Shown here one piece after another: positions 60,514-64,000 of a stretch of DNA of 64,000 nucleotides (position 1 is the first letter of the stretch; every line of letters starts with the position of its first letter). A program made the position numbers and the translations under genes. The notes under the pieces were generated by a model, which saw nothing but the letters and a program-made list of their open reading frames with translations, was not told where the DNA came from and made no database searches. Origin of the DNA: an uncultured Lentisphaerales bacterium (lineage in GTDB: Bacteria > Verrucomicrobiota > Kiritimatiellia > RFP12 > CAYQJG01). Location of the stretch: NCBI GenBank assembly GCA_964417715.1, contig CAYQJG010000008.1:18115-82114 (forward strand), given 5' to 3'.

Positions 60514-63134
60514 GGACCTTTCTGCGGAACGTCGGTTCCTGGTGCGGGTTCGTAGCGCACGGTATCCACCTGCAACCCGCCTGGCAGGACCGACGCCGGC
60601 GCCAGGATGAACTTGATCCCGGACAGCACGGCGGGAGGGTCGAGGCGGCCATTGGCCATGCCAGGGCGATCACCGCGGCGACTGCTTTCACGACCGCGCA
60701 GGACTGGGATGGAAACCGTCTGCCACTGGCCAGGCGCGGGGGTTACGTCCACGCCCCATGAAAAGGACTCGCCACGCGCGTCCTTCAACCGGATTTCGAC
60801 CCGGCGCAGCAATACGGACGTATCGGCGCGGACGTCGAGGACAATCGAACCATCGAGTGTGTTGGCGTGGGCGGGCAGGACGACGGGGCGGTTGGTGGAC
60901 GACGTGATCTCGACGGTCTCGCGCGCCGGAGCAAGGGTCCATGTCACGGCCGCCGCCGTTCCGGTGCGCGGCGCAGCGGCTGCCGTCGGGACGGTCCTGG
61001 CCCCGATGGTTTCGCCTTGCCAGACGTCCCAGTCGAACCGGCCCTCGAAGTCGAGCAGCATGGCTCCGGGTGCGGCTACGGGCACAACCGGCACGGTTGG
61101 AGCGGCCGGCGTGGCGATGGCTGCAAGTGAGAGGGTGGGCGGCGGCGCGGTCGGCGCGGTCGCAGCGTGGATGGTGCCGGCAGCCGGGAAGGGCCGCAAC
61201 TGCGGCCCCACGCGTGGTGACGCGCCGCCCGCGCCGAACGGAACCGCGCCTGCATCGGGATGCGAATCGGGCTCGCCATCGACGCGCACACCCAGCCCGA
61301 CCGCCGGACTGCCGGCCGAGAGCTCGAAACGCCCTGCGCCCGCATCCACAAGCCCCAAGTCCGCGGATCGCGCCCTGACGCGGCCGTTGGGCCCCGCCAC
61401 GTCGGCGCCATCCCATCCGGCCGTGCGTCGTGGCGGCGCGGTCAGATTGCGGTCGAAGAAGAAGCCGGGCCGACCGGGCACATAGGGCTCGATCACACGC
61501 CCATCGCCACGCGGTTCCGTGACGAACACGTTGTTGACGAACACAAACCCGTCAATGCGTCGGTCGGGGCTGCCATGCGAACGTTCAAGGAAGATGGCGC
61601 CGGGCGTGAAGACCGTATTGTTGAAGGCGATCAACCCCACGCCCGACGGAGCCACGACGTCCATCGGAACGTCGCGCAGACTGGGTGCGTTTTGCCACTG
61701 CCGGTCAGCCGCACCGGCCTTCAGCCAGGCTCCGCCATGCCCCGCCCGGCGCCGCAGGGATTCGACATCGGGCGTATTCCAGATGCGGTTGCGGTAGAAG
61801 CGGATCGGCCCGGGCCAGGGCAACCCGTCTAGCGGTTGCCAGGAAAGAGACACAAAGCAATCGACAAACTCATTGTCGTGGATGCGCAGATTGAGGCCGT
61901 GGTTCTCGGTCTCAATGGCGTCGTCGATGATGCGCTCAAAGCGGTTGCTGCAGATCGTCATCCCATTTGCGGCAAACATGGCCTTGTGCGAGATGCCGTC
62001 GAACGATTCGCGGATCAGGCAGTTGCGGACGACCCAGTTCGTGCCGGCTTTGGCCAGCAGGCCGGTTTCGTAGTCGTGCGTGGTCGGCACACTGTACCCG
62101 CTGTACTGACCCTTGCGTTGCCACCAGAAGAAGCGGTTCGTGCGCACGGCCGGGTCGTCGGCATAGGCGGCGATGACCTCCAGTGCATCGTTGAAGGCGG
62201 GGTACTGGCTGTAAGCGCAGGCCTCGACGACAACACGAGCACTGGATGGCTGACCCGGCGTGCGGTTCTCCTCCGAGATCCCCTCCCCGCTGACCCCCAC
62301 GGGGCAGCCTTCGAACCAACTGTTGCGCACAGTCACGTCTGAACCGCGCACATAGACGCCCGCGACGCCCGGGGTTTCGAACGTGAAGCCGTCAAGCACG
62401 ACGTGCGCCGGGGCGTCCGTGACAATGGACCAGGCCGCGTGTTCGGGGCGTGTGACGTTCTCGCCCTTGCGGCCCGCGCCGGGGGCGGGACCCACCGCCA
62501 TGGTGTGCGTGTTTGGGTCGCTGGCCCCGTAGCGGCCGTGAGGCGGCGCGTTGTCGTCGGCGCGATTCAGGCGCGTGTGGCGCGTTCGGTGCAGGCGCAC
62601 GTACAGGTTGGAGGTGGCTGCGTCCCACGCGAAGCCGTGGAACGCGCCGGGGTTGCCGGGGTTCAGCGTCAGGCTGCGCAGGCCGTCGAGCGAGTGGAAC
62701 GGCAGAAGGTCGACGCCATCGTAGAGCACGCGCGCCGGGAAGTGGTCGCACGGCGCAGCGTAGATCTGCCGGTCGCCATCCACCAGCGTCCACGGCACCT
62801 GGCCGGTTCGGAACGCAGCATCGGCACATGAAACCGTCACGCGTCCGCGCGCGACCGCGTCGGCGGCAAAGATGATCGGCGCATCCGGTCTCCCGGCGCG
62901 CGCAAGTCGCACCGGACCGAAGTAGACGCCCGGGTACACGACGACCGTGTCGCCGGGCTTCACCGCGTCGCAGACGCGTTGGAGCGAACGCCACGCCGTG
63001 CGGGCGGAATCGCCGGCATTGGCGTCCGCGCCGCCAGCGGCATCCACATGCCACGTCGCAGCCTGTAACGGGTGGGCGGCAAGGACAGCCAGCAGGGCCA
63101 TCACGGCCAACGGGCGGTCGCGGCTCAAGAACAT
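60510..63134 (-). CDS. Secreted right-handed parallel beta-helix (pectate-lyase-like) protein with C-terminal extension
   Basis: Signal peptide (LAVMALLAVLAAHPLQA), beta-helix repeat hallmarks (NN.F, N.F repeats), Pro/Ala linker, C-terminal beta-sandwich-like domain. Confidence 0.65.
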   Translation of the reverse strand: MFLSRDRPLAVMALLAVLAAHPLQAATWHVDAAGGADANAGDSARTAWRSLQRVCDAVKPGDTVVVYPGVYFGPVRLARAGRPDAPIIFAADAVARGRVTVSCADAAFRTGQVPWTLVDGDRQIYAAPCDHFPARVLYDGVDLLPFHSLDGLRSLTLNPGNPGAFHGFAWDAATSNLYVRLHRTRHTRLNRADDNAPPHGRYGASDPNTHTMAVGPAPGAGRKGENVTRPEHAAWSIVTDAPAHVVLDGFTFETPGVAGVYVRGSDVTVRNSWFEGCPVGVSGEGISEENRTPGQPSSARVVVEACAYSQYPAFNDALEVIAAYADDPAVRTNRFFWWQRKGQYSGYSVPTTHDYETGLLAKAGTNWVVRNCLIRESFDGISHKAMFAANGMTICSNRFERIIDDAIETENHGLNLRIHDNEFVDCFVSLSWQPLDGLPWPGPIRFYRNRIWNTPDVESLRRRAGHGGAWLKAGAADRQWQNAPSLRDVPMDVVAPSGVGLIAFNNTVFTPGAIFLERSHGSPDRRIDGFVFVNNVFVTEPRGDGRVIEPYVPGRPGFFFDRNLTAPPRRTAGWDGADVAGPNGRVRARSADLGLVDAGAGRFELSAGSPAVGLGVRVDGEPDSHPDAGAVPFGAGGASPRVGPQLRPFPAAGTIHAATAPTAPPPTLSLAAIATPAAPTVPVVPVAAPGAMLLDFEGRFDWDVWQGETIGARTVPTAAAAPRTGTAAAVTWTLAPARETVEITSSTNRPVVLPAHANTLDGSIVLDVRADTSVLLRRVEIRLKDARGESFSWGVDVTPAPGQWQTVSIPVLRGRESSRRGDRPGMANGRLDPPAVLSGIKFILAPASVLPGGLQVDTVRYEPAPGTDVPQKGP

Positions 63135-63147
63135 GGGTTTTCCATCA

Positions 63148-63924
63148 TCACCGAACCGAAACCAGCGTACCGCGGGGCGGATCAGGAATGACCACGGCGG
63201 AGAAGTTGTCGATCTCGACAAACGTGCTGGGGTCCGCCGTCGTTACACGGAAGCCCGCTCGGCCACCTGACACAATGCGGTTGACCATGTTGTCTGTGTA
63301 AACCAAGGTACTTCCCAGCACCAGGTTGCTCGTCCGGTTGATCACAGCCGCGCTCAGCATCACGCCTCCGCTGCCGTTCTTCACCGTCAGTTCCATTCGG
63401 TACCAAGTCTGCGCGACCAATGCAGCGACGCCGGTTAGAGAACGGTTGGTCAACGAAGTCGCTCCGCCGAAATCCGTCGAGGAGACTCGGTAGATATTCA
63501 GAACCCGACTACCAGAGTCCGTGTCGAACTTCACTCCATAGCCGTTGGTGCCAAGGCCTGTGCCTAACACGCGGGCAAGCAGACCAACACCCTCTTTGCC
63601 GTCGTCCAGGAGAAAGTCAACGGCATAGACCTCCTTGCCACTGCCCCCGCCAAACACATTCAGTGGTTCGTCGCCGTTGTGGATGGCTTTGGTGTCGTAG
63701 ATGCAGTTGTCACGCGAGGCTCCGACTGGGTCGAATCGCACGTGCCCACCGGACTGCCAGCTGAAATCAGCGGTCTTGCCTCTGGAGTTCCAGAAGTTGG
63801 AGGTCAGGTCGCCGATGCCGCCGTCAAACCCGACCCTGATCTCCGCCGCTCGACTATCACACGATGCAAAGGCCACGCAGGCCGCAGTCAATACGGCACT
63901 CAGAGTCTGTCGCTGATGCTTCAT
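63148..63924 (-). CDS. Secreted hypothetical protein (possible ConA-like lectin/glucanase fold)
   Basis: Signal peptide; GGAGGAAAGAGACC RBS before ATG 63924. Confidence 0.45.
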   Translation of the reverse strand: MKHQRQTLSAVLTAACVAFASCDSRAAEIRVGFDGGIGDLTSNFWNSRGKTADFSWQSGGHVRFDPVGASRDNCIYDTKAIHNGDEPLNVFGGGSGKEVYAVDFLLDDGKEGVGLLARVLGTGLGTNGYGVKFDTDSGSRVLNIYRVSSTDFGGATSLTNRSLTGVAALVAQTWYRMELTVKNGSGGVMLSAAVINRTSNLVLGSTLVYTDNMVNRIVSGGRAGFRVTTADPSTFVEIDNFSAVVIPDPPRGTLVSVR

Positions 63925-64000
63925 GGTCTCTTTCCTCCCGTATCAGACGGTTTCGTACCGGATAAGATTCAAATACTGTTCGTATGCTAGTCCATCTTCC

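Overview
This is a high-GC (~65-70%) Gram-negative chromosomal segment, densely coded on both strands. Most of it is housekeeping: uvrC, phosphomannomutase, galK, pcm, tpx, crcB, ybeY, xerC, tex, mutS, rsmA/ksgA, surA, trmH, a LolC/E-type permease, a sugar ABC transporter and a ROK regulator. There is also a plant-polysaccharide (rhamnose/pectin-type) degradation cluster at 54.9-63.9 kb: GH78 alpha-L-rhamnosidase, DUF1961, a beta-helix protein and ConA-like secreted proteins. That lifestyle resembles PVC-group or other polysaccharide-degrading bacteria. The standout region is a co-directional minus-strand defence island at ~11.8-22.1 kb: a complete type I Wadjet operon (jetA-jetB-jetC-jetD, translationally coupled) followed 50 bp later by a visibly lower-GC restriction-modification module (a DUF1156-family Zn-ribbon-rich N6-adenine DNA methyltransferase plus a PD-(D/E)xK endonuclease), lying directly upstream of a DUF58/transglutaminase (TgpA-like) pair that lacks its usual MoxR ATPase partner. 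Other features of interest: three URO-D-like paralogues, one fused to a thioredoxin-like CxxC domain and divergently paired with an AraC regulator next to jetA; an ATP-grasp / HExxH Zn-peptidase / M42 peptidase neighbourhood; and two identical perfect 30-bp palindromes bracketing an ArsR-family regulator gene upstream of mutS. Many long ORFs in the six-frame track are antisense artefacts of the GC-rich sequence and were not called. No rRNA, tRNA or CRISPR array was recognised. All family assignments rest on motif recognition by eye and need HMM/BLAST confirmation.
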